A stretch of DNA of 64,000 nt from Candidatus Eiseniibacteriota bacterium (GCA_044222045.1 JBGAOB010000003.1:780-64779), one strand, 5' to 3'. Counted from the first letter of the stretch, positions 8,913 to 18,936 are shown. The notes: generated by a model from the sequence alone, not told the origin. Program-made: numbers and translations.

Positions 8913-10013
8913 ATGACCATGCGCTGCTCGATCGTCCTGCTGTTCGGAACACTCGGCGTGTGGTGCGCCGGCGTCGCCACGGCGGTTCCGCTGGGCACCG
9001 GCTTCACGTACCAGGGGCAGCTCCGCCAGGCCGGCGTCCCCGTCGAAGGCGCCGTGACCCTGCGGTTCAGCCTGTGGCAGGCGCCCGGATCGGGAGATCC
9101 TCCGGTCGGCGGCGTCCGCGTCGGCAGCGTGCAGACGCTCACGAACGTGCCGGTTTCGGGCGGCGTGTTCAGTGTCGCGCTGAACGAGGGCGGGCAGTTC
9201 GGCCCCCAGGCGTTCAACGGCGACGGTCGCTGGCTGCAGGTGGAAGTCTGCGGTGACAGCGCGTGCTCGTCGGCGACGGTGCTCGGACCGCGACAGGCGC
9301 TCACCGGCGTGCCCTACGCGCTCGGCCCGTGGCAGCTGAGCGGGTCGAACCTCAGCTACACCGGCGGCAACGTCGGCATCGGAACCACGACGCCCGGTCA
9401 TGCCCTGCACGTCAAGGCGACCGAGCCCGCCCTCGTGCTGGAGGACGCCGCGGCGGCGTCGCTGCAGTCGGGATACATCTCGTTCCAGAACGGCACCTCC
9501 GAGACCGGCTGGATGGGCTACGGCACCGCGGGCAGCCCGGACATGACCTTCGCGAACGCACGCGCGAGCGGCGACATCGTGCTGTGGGCCACGGGTGAGC
9601 GCATGCGCGTGGACTCCGGCGGAAACGTCGGCGTCGGGACCTCGACGCCCGCCTCGAAGCTCGAGGTCCGAGGCGACATCCGGCTGGGCTCGGCGGGCGA
9701 GCTGTTCGCGCTCGGTGGCCCCGAGAACCTCCGGATCGTGCGCGGCGAGGTGCTGGCGGCCGGTACCGTCAACAGCGGATCGGGTTTCACGGTGACGCAT
9801 CCGTCGACGGGCATCTACAACATCGTCTTCACGATGCCGTTCCAGGCCGCCACCCACACGTCCTTCACCGCCACCCCCGTCGCGAACTCCGGCACGCTCA
9901 GTCTCATGCTCTCGTCGCTTCCCGGGCCGACCGTGGTCGCGCTGCGGATCGTGAACGGTTCCGGGGCCCCTGCGGACGGTGCGTTCAGCTTCATCGTGGT
10001 GGGTGATCGATGA
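8913..10013 (+). CDS. secreted tail-fibre-like protein, paralogue 2
   Basis: 366 aa, collinear with 7604..8713 at high identity over the whole length ([61 protein letters not shown]). GGAGG upstream. Confidence 0.8.
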   Translation: MTMRCSIVLLFGTLGVWCAGVATAVPLGTGFTYQGQLRQAGVPVEGAVTLRFSLWQAPGSGDPPVGGVRVGSVQTLTNVPVSGGVFSVALNEGGQFGPQAFNGDGRWLQVEVCGDSACSSATVLGPRQALTGVPYALGPWQLSGSNLSYTGGNVGIGTTTPGHALHVKATEPALVLEDAAAASLQSGYISFQNGTSETGWMGYGTAGSPDMTFANARASGDIVLWATGERMRVDSGGNVGVGTSTPASKLEVRGDIRLGSAGELFALGGPENLRIVRGEVLAAGTVNSGSGFTVTHPSTGIYNIVFTMPFQAATHTSFTATPVANSGTLSLMLSSLPGPTVVALRIVNGSGAPADGAFSFIVVGDR

Positions 10014-10561
10014 GCCGCGGCCGGAGACTCCCGGGCCTGCTCGTCGCGCTGCTGGCGACGATGGCGCTGGCCGCGCCCGCGCGCGCATACGATCCGATCA
10101 CGTGGTACTCGGTCGACGGTGGCGGTACGTCGCGCTCGGCGGCCGGTGGCTACACGCTCGGCGGGACGATCGGCCAGCCGGACGCCGGCGTGCTCGCGTC
10201 GGGCGCGACGACGCTCCGGGGCGGATTCTGGATCGGCGGGGTGGCCGGAGCGGTCGGCGTCGCCGAGGGTGCGCCGGGCGTGCGGGCATTCGGCTTCTTC
10301 GCGCCACGGCCGAACCCGGTCCGTTCGGCGTCGCGCGTCGCGTTCGACCTGCCGCGGGCCTCGCGCGTGGCGCTTTCGGTCTTCGACATCTCGGGGCGCG
10401 CGGTGCGCCGGCAGGACTTCGGACCGATGCCGGCCGGGCACCACGAACGCGTGTGGTACGCCGTGGACGAGACGGGCCGCCCGATCGCGAACGGCGTCTA
10501 CTTCCTGCGACTCGAGACCGATCGCGAGCGCGGCGTCCGGAAAGTGCTCGTGCTGCGATGA
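10010..10561 (+). CDS. small secreted protein: GTIGQPDAG...GGFW N-terminal motif plus FlgD-Ig/T9SS-like C-terminal domain
   Basis: ATG overlaps the upstream stop (ATGA at 10010..10013). Signal ...[12 protein letters not shown]-terminal domain PRPNP...VFDISGRAV...[22 protein letters not shown]. Confidence 0.75.
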   Translation: MSRGRRLPGLLVALLATMALAAPARAYDPITWYSVDGGGTSRSAAGGYTLGGTIGQPDAGVLASGATTLRGGFWIGGVAGAVGVAEGAPGVRAFGFFAPRPNPVRSASRVAFDLPRASRVALSVFDISGRAVRRQDFGPMPAGHHERVWYAVDETGRPIANGVYFLRLETDRERGVRKVLVLR

Positions 10562-10606
10562 GCGGAGCGGGCCGCGCGGGGCCCCACCGCGCGACCGAGG
10601 CCGCGA

Positions 10607-11722
10607 CTACCGCACCGGTTGCACCGGCGTGGGCGCTTCCTCGCGCGGAAGCGCCGCGCCGGGTGCGGTGACCATCGGGTAGCCGCGGCGTTCCCACTCG
10701 AGCACGCCTTCGTCGAGCACGTACGCGTGCGGGTAGCCGCGCACACGCAGCGAGTCCACGACGATGCCCGACAGGTGGTGCGGGCAGGCACAGTAGGCGA
10801 CGACCGCCGCGGTCTTCGGGATGTCCGCGAGCCGCTTCAGCTGGTAGTGCGGAATGGAGACGGCGCCCGCGATGTGCGATCGCATCCACTCGGACTCCGG
10901 GCGCGCGTCCACGATCACGAACTTGCGGCGCTGCACGAGCGCGCGATCCACGTCGTCCACGCCCACGAACCGCTCGTGCTTCACCGTGAACTCGGGCGCG
11001 CGGCCGCGCGGGTAGGCGAACAGCGGCTCCTTCCCCGTCGGCGCGCGCATCCGGTTGGAGTCGAGCGGGCGCGCGAGCGAGCGCAGGTAGGCCACGACGT
11101 CGGCGATCTCCGACGGGCTGAGCGCGTCACGGAACGAGACCATCGGCGTTCCCGGGCGGCCCTCGAGGATCGCGTGCTGGAGGAACGCGTCACTCGCCAC
11201 CGCGAGGAAGCCCGGGTTCGTCAGCATCACCTCGTCCCCGCGCTTGCGCTGGTCGCCGTGGCAGTGCTGGCACTGGGAGGAGTACACCGCGCGGCCGCGC
11301 GTGGAGTCGCCGGGCGCCACGGCGGGCAGCTCCTTCGGGGATGGCCCGTGCGAGCGGATCCAGGCGACGAGCCGGCCGATCGCGGTGAGGTCGAGCGGCC
11401 CGCCGGCCGACTTGCCGTAGGCGGCCATCGAGGTGCCGGGTCGCCCGAGCTCGATCGAGCGGAACAGGTAGAGATCGCTCGCGCTCTCGAGGAACGTCGG
11501 GTTCACGAGCGAGGGCGCGTGATCGGCGGCGTACCCGGTCGCATCGGGCGCGTGGCAGTGCGCGCAGAGCGCGCGGTACAGGGCCGGCGCCGACAGCGTG
11601 TCGGCGCCCGCGAGGGTGGTCACGGGCGCGGGGTCGTGCGGGCGCGTCGCGGCGCAGCCGAACGCGAGCGCGGCGATCGCCGGAAGGGCCCAGGCGAGTG
11701 CGCGCAGGTTCAAGGGGCGCAT
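10607..11722 (-). CDS. lipoprotein with two c-type haem domains fused to a rhodanese domain
   Basis: LAFGC lipobox. Two CxxCH sites (CAHCH, CQHCH). C-terminal rhodanese-like VIVDARPESEW...AYCACPHHLSG...GYPHAYVLDEG.LEW. Confidence 0.85.
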   Translation of the reverse strand: MRPLNLRALAWALPAIAALAFGCAATRPHDPAPVTTLAGADTLSAPALYRALCAHCHAPDATGYAADHAPSLVNPTFLESASDLYLFRSIELGRPGTSMAAYGKSAGGPLDLTAIGRLVAWIRSHGPSPKELPAVAPGDSTRGRAVYSSQCQHCHGDQRKRGDEVMLTNPGFLAVASDAFLQHAILEGRPGTPMVSFRDALSPSEIADVVAYLRSLARPLDSNRMRAPTGKEPLFAYPRGRAPEFTVKHERFVGVDDVDRALVQRRKFVIVDARPESEWMRSHIAGAVSIPHYQLKRLADIPKTAAVVAYCACPHHLSGIVVDSLRVRGYPHAYVLDEGVLEWERRGYPMVTAPGAALPREEAPTPVQPVR

Positions 11723-11850
11723 GCGGTCGTCCGGGCGGCGAAGTGAGTGCGATCGATCGTTCGGATCATGGACCGCACGCTAGACGTTCGGCGGTCCGCC
11801 GCGCAACGGCCACCCCGCTGCCGGGATGGCCGTCGCGTCAGGGAGCATCG

Positions 11851-14262
11851 TCATCGCGCCATCACGGCCCTCGCCGTGCGCTGCTCTCCCCTGCGCTCCA
11901 GCCGAACGAGGTACATGCCCGGCGCGAGCCGCTGGTCGCCGGCTGCGTCCACCACGTGCTCGCCGGCCCCGAGCGAGCCCACGTCGTGCCGTGCAAGACG
12001 GCGACCCGCGAGGTCGAACAGCTCGAGCGTCGCGGGTGCGGCGTCGGGCAGCGCGAACCGCACGGGCAGGCGACCCGCTCGCCCGGGATTCGGCCACGCG
12101 CCGTCGAGCGCGAAGGCCACGCGCTCACGGGAAGGCGCCTCCTCGGTTTCGGGCTGCAGCGCCGAGAAGCGCGGACGCCCGGTACGGTTGTCGATCGAGT
12201 AGCCGTCCTGCGCGCCCGAATCGTACTCGTGGAAGTGCGCCGCCAGCACGGCGCGAACGTAGAACGTGTTGTACTGGATCGCCGAAGCGGTCGCGTTCAT
12301 CGTCGTCGGCACCGCCACGTCGTACACCGGCTGGTTGCTCGACGGGAACGTGAGCACGCGGAGGTCCGGCGCGGCGGGCGAGTCCCGCCGCCACACCTCG
12401 TAGGTCAGGGGCGCGATCGATTCCGCGGTGCTGCGACGGACGCGCAGGTTCACCTGCAGGCCCGCGTCACCGCGAACGTCCGAGACGATTTCGATCCGCG
12501 GTGGAAGCAGGAGGGTCCAGACCCCCTGGCCGGCCGCGTCCACGGCGAGCAGGTTGCCGCTCGGGTCGAACGACAGTCCGCCCACGGACGTGTACAGGTT
12601 CGTACACTTGGAGAGATAGGTTCCGGAGGTGGTGAACTGAAGCAGGCTCTCGGTGCCGTTGCGACCACAGTACAGCGTGCCGTCCGGGGCGATGGCGACG
12701 CCCGTGATGGGGCCCGGCAGGAAGTTCGCCGGGGCGGAGATCGCGCGGATGAACGCACCGTCCGCCGAGAACGACTGCACGCGCAGGTTGTACGCATCCG
12801 CGACGTAGACATTGCCCCATCGGTCCACCGTGACGTCCTGTGGCCGATCGAACTGGCCGGCGCCCGATCCCGTCGCCCCCCAGGCGCGCACGAAAGCGCC
12901 GGCGGTCGAGAACTTCTGGACTCGGTTCTGGACCTGGTCGCAGGTGTAGACGAAGCCGTACGTGTCGACGGCGATGCCGGTCGGTTGCGCGAACTGGCCG
13001 GGCCCGGTGCCCGGGGTGCCCCACTGCCGAAGGTACGCACCGCTGTTGCTGAAGACCTGGACCCGGCTGTTGTACGTGTCCGCGACGTACACGGTCCCCG
13101 ACGAATCCACGGAGATGCCGGCGGGCCCGTTGAACTGCCCGTTCCCGCTCCCGTACCCACCCCACTCGCCCAGAGGGGTCCCGTGGAGGTCGAACTTGCG
13201 TACGGCGTGATCCGACGAGGAGATGACGAAGACGTTCCCGTTCCGGTCGACCGCGACATCGTGCGGAGCCGAACCGGAGAGTAGTCCCCAGATCATCGAC
13301 GGTCCGCCCTCCCCGATCGGCCGGTACGAGCCGTTGAACCGCTGCACCCGGTCGTTCCACGTGTCGGCCACGATGACGTCACCGTTCGCTTCGACCGCGA
13401 GCCCCAGCGGGCTGTTGAACGCACCATCCGCCGTACCGTAGCCACCCCACGGCCGTGCGGCCGAGTTGTTGGCGGGGATCATCTGGATGCGATGGTTGCC
13501 GCGCTCGGAGACGTAGACGTTGCCCGTGCGGTCGAGCGCGATGCCGCTCGGGTCCTGGAACTGCCCGGGCCCGGTGCCGAAGGCACCGAATTTGCCGAAG
13601 AAGGCGAAGTTCGACGCGAACCACTGGAAGCGGTGGTTGCCCCTGTCGGCCACGTAGATGTAGCCGAGGTCGGTCACCGCGATGCCGGCCGGGTTGAGGA
13701 ACTGGCCGTCGGCCGATCCCAGCGAACCGAACTGGCCGAGGAACGTTCCGGTCGCGGAGAACTTCTGCACCCGGTTCGCGTCGGAGTCGGTGACGTACAC
13801 GTTGCCGGACCGGTCCGTCGCGATGCCGATCGGGGACAGGAACTGGCCGGGGCCGGTTCCGGGGCTTCCCCACTTGCCGAGGAACGTGCCCGCTGACGAG
13901 AAGCGCTGGATGCGCCGGTTGCCGGCGTCCGCCACGTACAGGTCGCCATTCGGCGCGACCGCGATCCCGCACGGCGAAGCGAACTGCCCGTCCGCGGTGC
14001 CCGGCGAGCCGATCACCTGCAGCAGCTGCCCGGCGTGGTCGAACTTCTGCACGCGATGGTTGATGAGCTCCACCACGTACACATTGCCGAGCCCGTCGCA
14101 CGCCACGCCGGCCGGTTGCCGCATCTGGCTCGGCGCCGTGCCCCGGCCGCCGAACGCCACCTGGAACTGAGGTACGGCGGGTCCGAGGAACGCGTGGGCC
14201 CTGTCCGCGAGGGCCGTGGTCAGGAGCAACGTCAGGAGCTGCAGTGTCCGAGCGAGTCGCAT
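11851..14262 (-). CDS. secreted NHL-repeat beta-propeller protein with FlgD-Ig/T9SS-like C-terminal domain
   Basis: ORF 11851..14445. Start at ATG 14262 (GGAGG upstream; signal MRLARTLQLLTLLLTTALADRAHA). About 12 NHL-type blades (G.F..P.GIAVD..GN.YVAD..N.R.Q.F). Ends GMYLVRLERRGEQRTARAVMAR. Confidence 0.85.
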   Translation of the reverse strand: MRLARTLQLLTLLLTTALADRAHAFLGPAVPQFQVAFGGRGTAPSQMRQPAGVACDGLGNVYVVELINHRVQKFDHAGQLLQVIGSPGTADGQFASPCGIAVAPNGDLYVADAGNRRIQRFSSAGTFLGKWGSPGTGPGQFLSPIGIATDRSGNVYVTDSDANRVQKFSATGTFLGQFGSLGSADGQFLNPAGIAVTDLGYIYVADRGNHRFQWFASNFAFFGKFGAFGTGPGQFQDPSGIALDRTGNVYVSERGNHRIQMIPANNSAARPWGGYGTADGAFNSPLGLAVEANGDVIVADTWNDRVQRFNGSYRPIGEGGPSMIWGLLSGSAPHDVAVDRNGNVFVISSSDHAVRKFDLHGTPLGEWGGYGSGNGQFNGPAGISVDSSGTVYVADTYNSRVQVFSNSGAYLRQWGTPGTGPGQFAQPTGIAVDTYGFVYTCDQVQNRVQKFSTAGAFVRAWGATGSGAGQFDRPQDVTVDRWGNVYVADAYNLRVQSFSADGAFIRAISAPANFLPGPITGVAIAPDGTLYCGRNGTESLLQFTTSGTYLSKCTNLYTSVGGLSFDPSGNLLAVDAAGQGVWTLLLPPRIEIVSDVRGDAGLQVNLRVRRSTAESIAPLTYEVWRRDSPAAPDLRVLTFPSSNQPVYDVAVPTTMNATASAIQYNTFYVRAVLAAHFHEYDSGAQDGYSIDNRTGRPRFSALQPETEEAPSRERVAFALDGAWPNPGRAGRLPVRFALPDAAPATLELFDLAGRRLARHDVGSLGAGEHVVDAAGDQRLAPGMYLVRLERRGEQRTARAVMAR

Positions 14263-14596
14263 GGGAGCCTCCGGGCCGTCAGGGCGGGTTCGGATCGCGG
14301 CGGCCCGGGGCCCATCGGAGCCTCGCGCGCCACGCCAACACCACGTAAGCGCAGGTGCCCGGCCGAACGGATCATCGAATCCGCGAGCCCGGAGCCGTGG
14401 CTCCGGACCGGACCCCGGGCCGCCAGACCGGGGCGAGCCATGCATCCCCGATGAGCCGTTCGGGGCGTCGACCGCGCTTCAGGGAGCGGAGCCCGGACTC
14501 GAGGCCACTCGACGTCGCGCCGTGCTCCGTTCCGAACATTCATCCGTCCGCCGATGGTCGCGTCGGGCGTCGCCGCGGACATCCGGGAGGTAGCAG

Positions 14597-15856
14597 ATGA
14601 ACCCAACGATTCCGGGTCCCACGTCGCCGACACGGTCCGCATGCGCGGCAGCCCTGCTCTTGCTGGGCACTTTCGCGTGGGCGGTCCATGCCGAGGCACG
14701 GATCGCCCTCGCGCCGTGGAGCGGCAATCTCGCGTTCGCGGGTGTGCGTTCGACCGCGGGCGGCGTCGTGTCGGAGCAGTCCGGCGCGCCGCCCGGCCCC
14801 GGGCCTTGGACACGCGGGCTGGGCGCCAACGCGTACAACGACACCACGGGACACAACGCATCGCAGTTCTTCCAGGTGGGGACCTCGTTCAACGACTCGG
14901 TGTTCTCGGTGGCTTCCGGCGGCTCCGCGTTCGCCGACGGCGCCACGGCATCGAACCGGGCGGGCATCCTCGTGTACGTGCAGTTCGCGGTGGAGCGCAC
15001 GCAGACGCTCGAAAGCTACCCGCAGTTCCAGGCGGGTACGCTCGGGTCGAGCCACACGGAGGTCCATCTCGTCAATCACATGAGCAAGGACCTGCCCGTG
15101 ATCACGCTGGTTCCCGGCGACCTCGCCACCATGCGACTTGCTCCGGGGATCTACGCCTACTTCTACGAGAGCTCGTTCGGCGACGAGCTCGAGAGTGGCA
15201 CTTCGGATGCCGTGAGTTCCCAGGTGGCCTTTCGCGAAGTGCCGGAGCCACTGGTGGCCTCGCACCCGCAGAGCGTGACGACCGACGCCGGCCAGGCCGC
15301 CACGTTCTCGGTGGCTTCCAGCCCACTCGCCGCCGAGCGCACGGCGAGCCCGCAGTCGATCACGTACCAGTGGCGCCGCCGCTACCAGCCCCTCTCGAAC
15401 GGCGAGCGCATCAGCGGGGCCCAGTCGCCCACGCTGCACATCGCGAACGTGGCGGTGGCCGACACGGGCGTGTACGACTGCGTGCTGAACGACGGGATCG
15501 TGACGGAGCCCAGCAGCCTCGCGCGGCTCACCGTGACCGGCGTGCTCGCGGCGCCGGCCGCGGCGCACGTGTCGGGGCTCGAACTGAGCGCGCCCTGTCC
15601 CAGCCCGTTCCGATCGAGCACGCGCGTGGCGTTCACGCTCGCGCGCGAGGCGCGCGTCACGCTCGACGTGATCGACGTGGCCGGGCGCTGCGTGCGATCT
15701 CTGCTGCGGGACGAGCCACACGCGGCCGGCACGCGCCGTGTCGAGTGGGACGGGCGCGACACGTCGGGCGACGCACTGCCCTCCGGGCTCTACTTCGTGC
15801 GGCTGCGGGCGGGATCCGCGCAGCGCGTCCAGCGCGTGGTCCGCATCGCTCCGTAG
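14597..15856 (+). CDS. secreted protein: unknown N-domain, Ig (I-set-like) domain, FlgD-Ig/T9SS-like C-terminal domain
   Basis: GGGAGG upstream. Signal ...LLLLGTFAWAVHA. Ig-like HPQSVTTDAGQAATFSV...YQWRRRYQPLSNGERISGA...LHIANVAVADTGVYDCV. Ends GLYFVRLRAGSAQRVQRVVRIAP. Confidence 0.8.
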   Translation: MNPTIPGPTSPTRSACAAALLLLGTFAWAVHAEARIALAPWSGNLAFAGVRSTAGGVVSEQSGAPPGPGPWTRGLGANAYNDTTGHNASQFFQVGTSFNDSVFSVASGGSAFADGATASNRAGILVYVQFAVERTQTLESYPQFQAGTLGSSHTEVHLVNHMSKDLPVITLVPGDLATMRLAPGIYAYFYESSFGDELESGTSDAVSSQVAFREVPEPLVASHPQSVTTDAGQAATFSVASSPLAAERTASPQSITYQWRRRYQPLSNGERISGAQSPTLHIANVAVADTGVYDCVLNDGIVTEPSSLARLTVTGVLAAPAAAHVSGLELSAPCPSPFRSSTRVAFTLAREARVTLDVIDVAGRCVRSLLRDEPHAAGTRRVEWDGRDTSGDALPSGLYFVRLRAGSAQRVQRVVRIAP

Positions 15857-15880
15857 CCGCGGGCCCGCACGATCCGGCGT

Positions 15881-17356
15881 TCAGCGCGTCGTGAGCGACT
15901 GGCGGATCCATGCGGCGGCGGCGTCCAGTTCGGGATCCTGGCCCGACGACGCGTCCCAACGTCGCTGCACCACGATGTCGGGGAGCACGCCCCGGTCACG
16001 CGGCCGCGGTCCCGTCACGGCCATTTCGTAGCGCACGAGCGGAATGTCCACGCGGATCCGCGAGTGCGGCAGTTCCACCGTCGGCGTGGGCCCGGAGCAG
16101 TTGCCCCCGAACGCGCCGCCGCTCTCCTCGCCCACGAACACCGCACGCGTGTTGCACGCGAGGACCGACAGCAGCTCGCTCGTCGTGGAGAAGCTCGCGC
16201 CGTCGATCAGCACCGCGAGCGGGCCGCGGTACACGTCGCGAGCGGGGTGCCGGGTGCCGAGGTTGGGATGCCGGACCACGTCGAACCCGCCCGCGGGACG
16301 GCGGCGGGCGAACCCGCGCGGGGCCGAGAAGCCGCGCGCGTTCGTGGTGTGCGCGAAGCATTCGTAACGCGTCTTGTTCATCCGCAGCGAGGCGTAGTAG
16401 GCGAAGTCGTGGTCGACCAGGTGCGCGGCCACCCGCTCGCCGTACTCGTCCGTGCCGCCGCGGTTGCCCCGCAGGTCCAGGACGAGCCCCTGCGCGCCGC
16501 GTTCGTTCAGCTGGCGGAAAGTCGCGTCGAAGAACCTCGGGCCTTCCAGCTTCGCGTCGCGGAACAGGTCCTTGTCGAAGCTCCCGATCCGCAGCACGGC
16601 GATGCTCGTGCCCGGCAACCAGGTCAGCGCGGCCGGCGGCCGACGGGCGTCCTTGGGATAGCGCGCGTCCAGGCGCTGCACCGCCTCGTCGTACGGCAGG
16701 GCCGCGAGCGTGGCCGTGCGCGCCGTGTCCTCGCCCGGCGCCACGTACCGCACCTCGTACGACGAGCGGACGCCGTACGCGTAAGCGAGGTAGCGCGTGC
16801 TGAACCGCAGGCTCTCCAGCATGCGCCGCCAGCGCGTCTCGTTGCGGCCGTCCGAAGGGATGATCGCGTGCAGCGTGCGCAGGATCTCCGCGGTGGAGTG
16901 CCCGTTGATCGCCAGCACCCGCGCGTGCAGGAACCGGGACTCGGGAAGGTCGCCGAGGTTGTTGCGCACGTAGAGCGAATCGCCCGCCACCGTCAGGCGG
17001 AACGGCAGCGCCGTGGCGCCGGCGTCCAGGCGGTCGATGGTGTCGCGGGGCAACAGCACCGCGGTGTGCCCGTCGTGGACGCTCGCGACGAGCCGGCACA
17101 GGACGAGGCGATACTCCACGGCGCTGAGCGGCCGGGAGATCTCGCGCTGCGCCCGGGTGAACGCGGCCTCCAGCGACTCCCGCGGGGCATACCGATAGAG
17201 CCCCGGGTGTCCCTCTGCCAGCGCGCTGCGGAGCAGGTCCAACTCGGCCGCCATCTGCGCGGGAGAGCCGTCGAACGGCGGGGCGGTCGCGCGCTTCTGG
17301 CAGCCGATGGCGGCGAGGGACGCCGCGAGCAGGGTGACGACGAGTGGGCGGAACAC
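15881..17356 (-). CDS. S41-family (tail-specific / C-terminal processing type) peptidase, probable lipoprotein
   Basis: C-terminal 491 codons of ORF 15881..19087. LVLDLRGNRGGTDEYG and LIDGASFSTTSELLSVLA match S41 catalytic-region motifs. First usable in-frame start is GTG 17356, giving (M)FRPLVVTLLAASLAAIGC. Start is uncertain. Confidence 0.75.
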   Translation of the reverse strand: MFRPLVVTLLAASLAAIGCQKRATAPPFDGSPAQMAAELDLLRSALAEGHPGLYRYAPRESLEAAFTRAQREISRPLSAVEYRLVLCRLVASVHDGHTAVLLPRDTIDRLDAGATALPFRLTVAGDSLYVRNNLGDLPESRFLHARVLAINGHSTAEILRTLHAIIPSDGRNETRWRRMLESLRFSTRYLAYAYGVRSSYEVRYVAPGEDTARTATLAALPYDEAVQRLDARYPKDARRPPAALTWLPGTSIAVLRIGSFDKDLFRDAKLEGPRFFDATFRQLNERGAQGLVLDLRGNRGGTDEYGERVAAHLVDHDFAYYASLRMNKTRYECFAHTTNARGFSAPRGFARRRPAGGFDVVRHPNLGTRHPARDVYRGPLAVLIDGASFSTTSELLSVLACNTRAVFVGEESGGAFGGNCSGPTPTVELPHSRIRVDIPLVRYEMAVTGPRPRDRGVLPDIVVQRRWDASSGQDPELDAAAAWIRQSLTTR

Positions 17357-17611
17357 CCGGGTTCGTACGCCTCGACGCCGGAGCCGGTTGCCGCCGCTCG
17401 GGACACTCGTGCGAGCGCGGCATTCCCATGGCCGAACGCTCCGCGAGGGGCATGCCCGCACCTCGCGCCGTCGCGGCGGCGTCCCCTGCTCGTGGGAACT
17501 CACGCGCCCTGTGACGAACTCGCGTCGGGCGCGTTCCAGACGTGGGGACGCGTCCCGCCTGCCCCCCGCCTGGGGCGGAAGGCCCGGCCAACGAAGAAAC
17601 GGAGGCGCTCG

Positions 17612-18880
17612 ATGCTCACGTCGGCTCACGCAGGTCGATCGAACGGACTGCTCGCACCCGTGAAGCTGTGCCTCGCGGCCGCGCTCGTGGCCCTCGCGGC
17701 CGGTCCCGCGTCCGCCGACGTCGTCCTCGCGCCGTGGGGCGGGAACCTCGTGTTCTTCGGCACCCAGGCCAAGGCGGGACCCGTCGAGGACGTCGACACC
17801 CAGTCGGTGCCGGGGGCGGCGCAGTCGACTTCGACGCTCGCGAGCGTCGCCTACGACCCCGCGAGTGGAGCCTTCGGCTCGTCGTCCATGATCCTGCAGA
17901 CGTCGTTCTCGAACTCGGCGTTCGACGCCGCGTCGTCGGCGGTGGGCTCCACCTATGCGTCGGGCGGAACGACCCGCTGTGGTTCGCTCGCCTTCGTGTG
18001 GTTCGTGGTCGAGCGGACGCAGCTCCTGGCGTCGACCGCGAACCTCGCGCTGGGAACGTTCGGATCGAGCCGCTCGCTCGCGTTCGTGGCGAACTTCATG
18101 AACAAGGACCTGGCCATGGTGAACCTGGTCGGGGGCACGGGCCCCACCAGCGTGAACACGCGCCTGTCGCCGGGCACCTACGCGTTCTACTACCAGAACG
18201 ACTACCGCGACGAGTCCGTCGACGGCACTTCGAACCAGCTCGACGCGCACGTACTGTTCACCGACGTCGTGAACCCGTTGATCCAGCAGCATCCGCAGAG
18301 CCAGAGCGCTCCGGCCGGCGGCTCCGCTTCGTTCTCGGTCGGGGCCAGCGGGCTGGCGGTGCGGGAACCCGGCGCGCTCGCACTCTCCTACCAGTGGCGG
18401 CACGACTACCAGCCGCTGTCCGACGGAGGCCGCATCAGCGGCGCTCACGCGGCCCAGCTGCAACTCACGGGTGTGGTCGCGGCCGACTCGGGCATCTACG
18501 ACTGCGTGGTGACGCAGGGGGCGATCCAGGAGCCGAGCAGCGCGGCGAAGCTCACGGTGACGGGCGTGCTGGCGGCGCCGGGTCCGGCGCGAGCGTCGGG
18601 GCTCGAGCTGAGCGCGCCGTCCCCCAGTCCGTTCCGGTCGAGCACGCGCGTCCGCTTCACGCTCGCGTCCGACGCACGGGTCGCCCTGGACGTGATCGAC
18701 CTCGCCGGCCGCCGCGTGCGATCGCTGCTGCCGGGCGATCTCCGGGCGGCCGGAACGCGCACGGTCGAGTGGGACGGCCGCGATGCGGCGGGCGGTGCGC
18801 TGCCCTCGGGGCTCTACTTCCTCCGGCTGCAGGCGGGTTCGGAGCAGCGCGTCCAGCGCGTGGTCCGCGCGGCGCCGTAG
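17612..18880 (+). CDS. paralogue of 14597..15856 (unknown N-domain, Ig-like domain, C-terminal sorting-like domain)
   Basis: ATG 17612 after GGAGG. Signal ...LCLAAALVALAAGPASA. Same architecture (HPQSQSAPAGGSASFSV...YQWRHDYQPLSDGGRISGA...DSGIYDCV). Ends GLYFLRLQAGSEQRVQRVVRAAP. Confidence 0.8.
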   Translation: MLTSAHAGRSNGLLAPVKLCLAAALVALAAGPASADVVLAPWGGNLVFFGTQAKAGPVEDVDTQSVPGAAQSTSTLASVAYDPASGAFGSSSMILQTSFSNSAFDAASSAVGSTYASGGTTRCGSLAFVWFVVERTQLLASTANLALGTFGSSRSLAFVANFMNKDLAMVNLVGGTGPTSVNTRLSPGTYAFYYQNDYRDESVDGTSNQLDAHVLFTDVVNPLIQQHPQSQSAPAGGSASFSVGASGLAVREPGALALSYQWRHDYQPLSDGGRISGAHAAQLQLTGVVAADSGIYDCVVTQGAIQEPSSAAKLTVTGVLAAPGPARASGLELSAPSPSPFRSSTRVRFTLASDARVALDVIDLAGRRVRSLLPGDLRAAGTRTVEWDGRDAAGGALPSGLYFLRLQAGSEQRVQRVVRAAP

Positions 18881-18897
18881 CGGCGGGCGCGCGCGGC

Positions 18898-18936
18898 GTC
18901 GCCTCCGGGGCATCGTGCGAGCCCCGGTGAGGCGAC
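18898..18936. terminator. GC hairpin between convergent genes (candidate bidirectional terminator)
   Basis: GTCGCCTC+CGGGG pairs with CCCCG+(GT bulge)+GAGGCGAC around an 11-nt loop. Lies between stops at 18880 (+) and 18957 (-). Confidence 0.4.

Larger units (their letters stand above)
7604..10013 (+). repeat. tandem gene duplication (two ~1.1-kb tail-fibre-like paralogues, ~200-bp spacer)
   Basis: The two protein translations align end to end. Confidence 0.75.

Noticed and set aside
7604-10561. Prophage or tailocin interpretation of the tail-fibre-like genes
   Set aside because: No capsid, portal, terminase, sheath, baseplate, lysis or integrase genes and no att-like repeats are present. 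All three proteins have Sec signal peptides. Flanking genes are ordinary chromosomal genes.
10573-10593. 7-bp stem hairpin (CGCGCGG-N7-CCGCGCG) between convergent genes at 10561/10607, and 6-bp stems at 8721..8741 and 62332..62353
   Set aside because: The stems are too short to distinguish from background GC self-complementarity, so they are not annotated as terminators.
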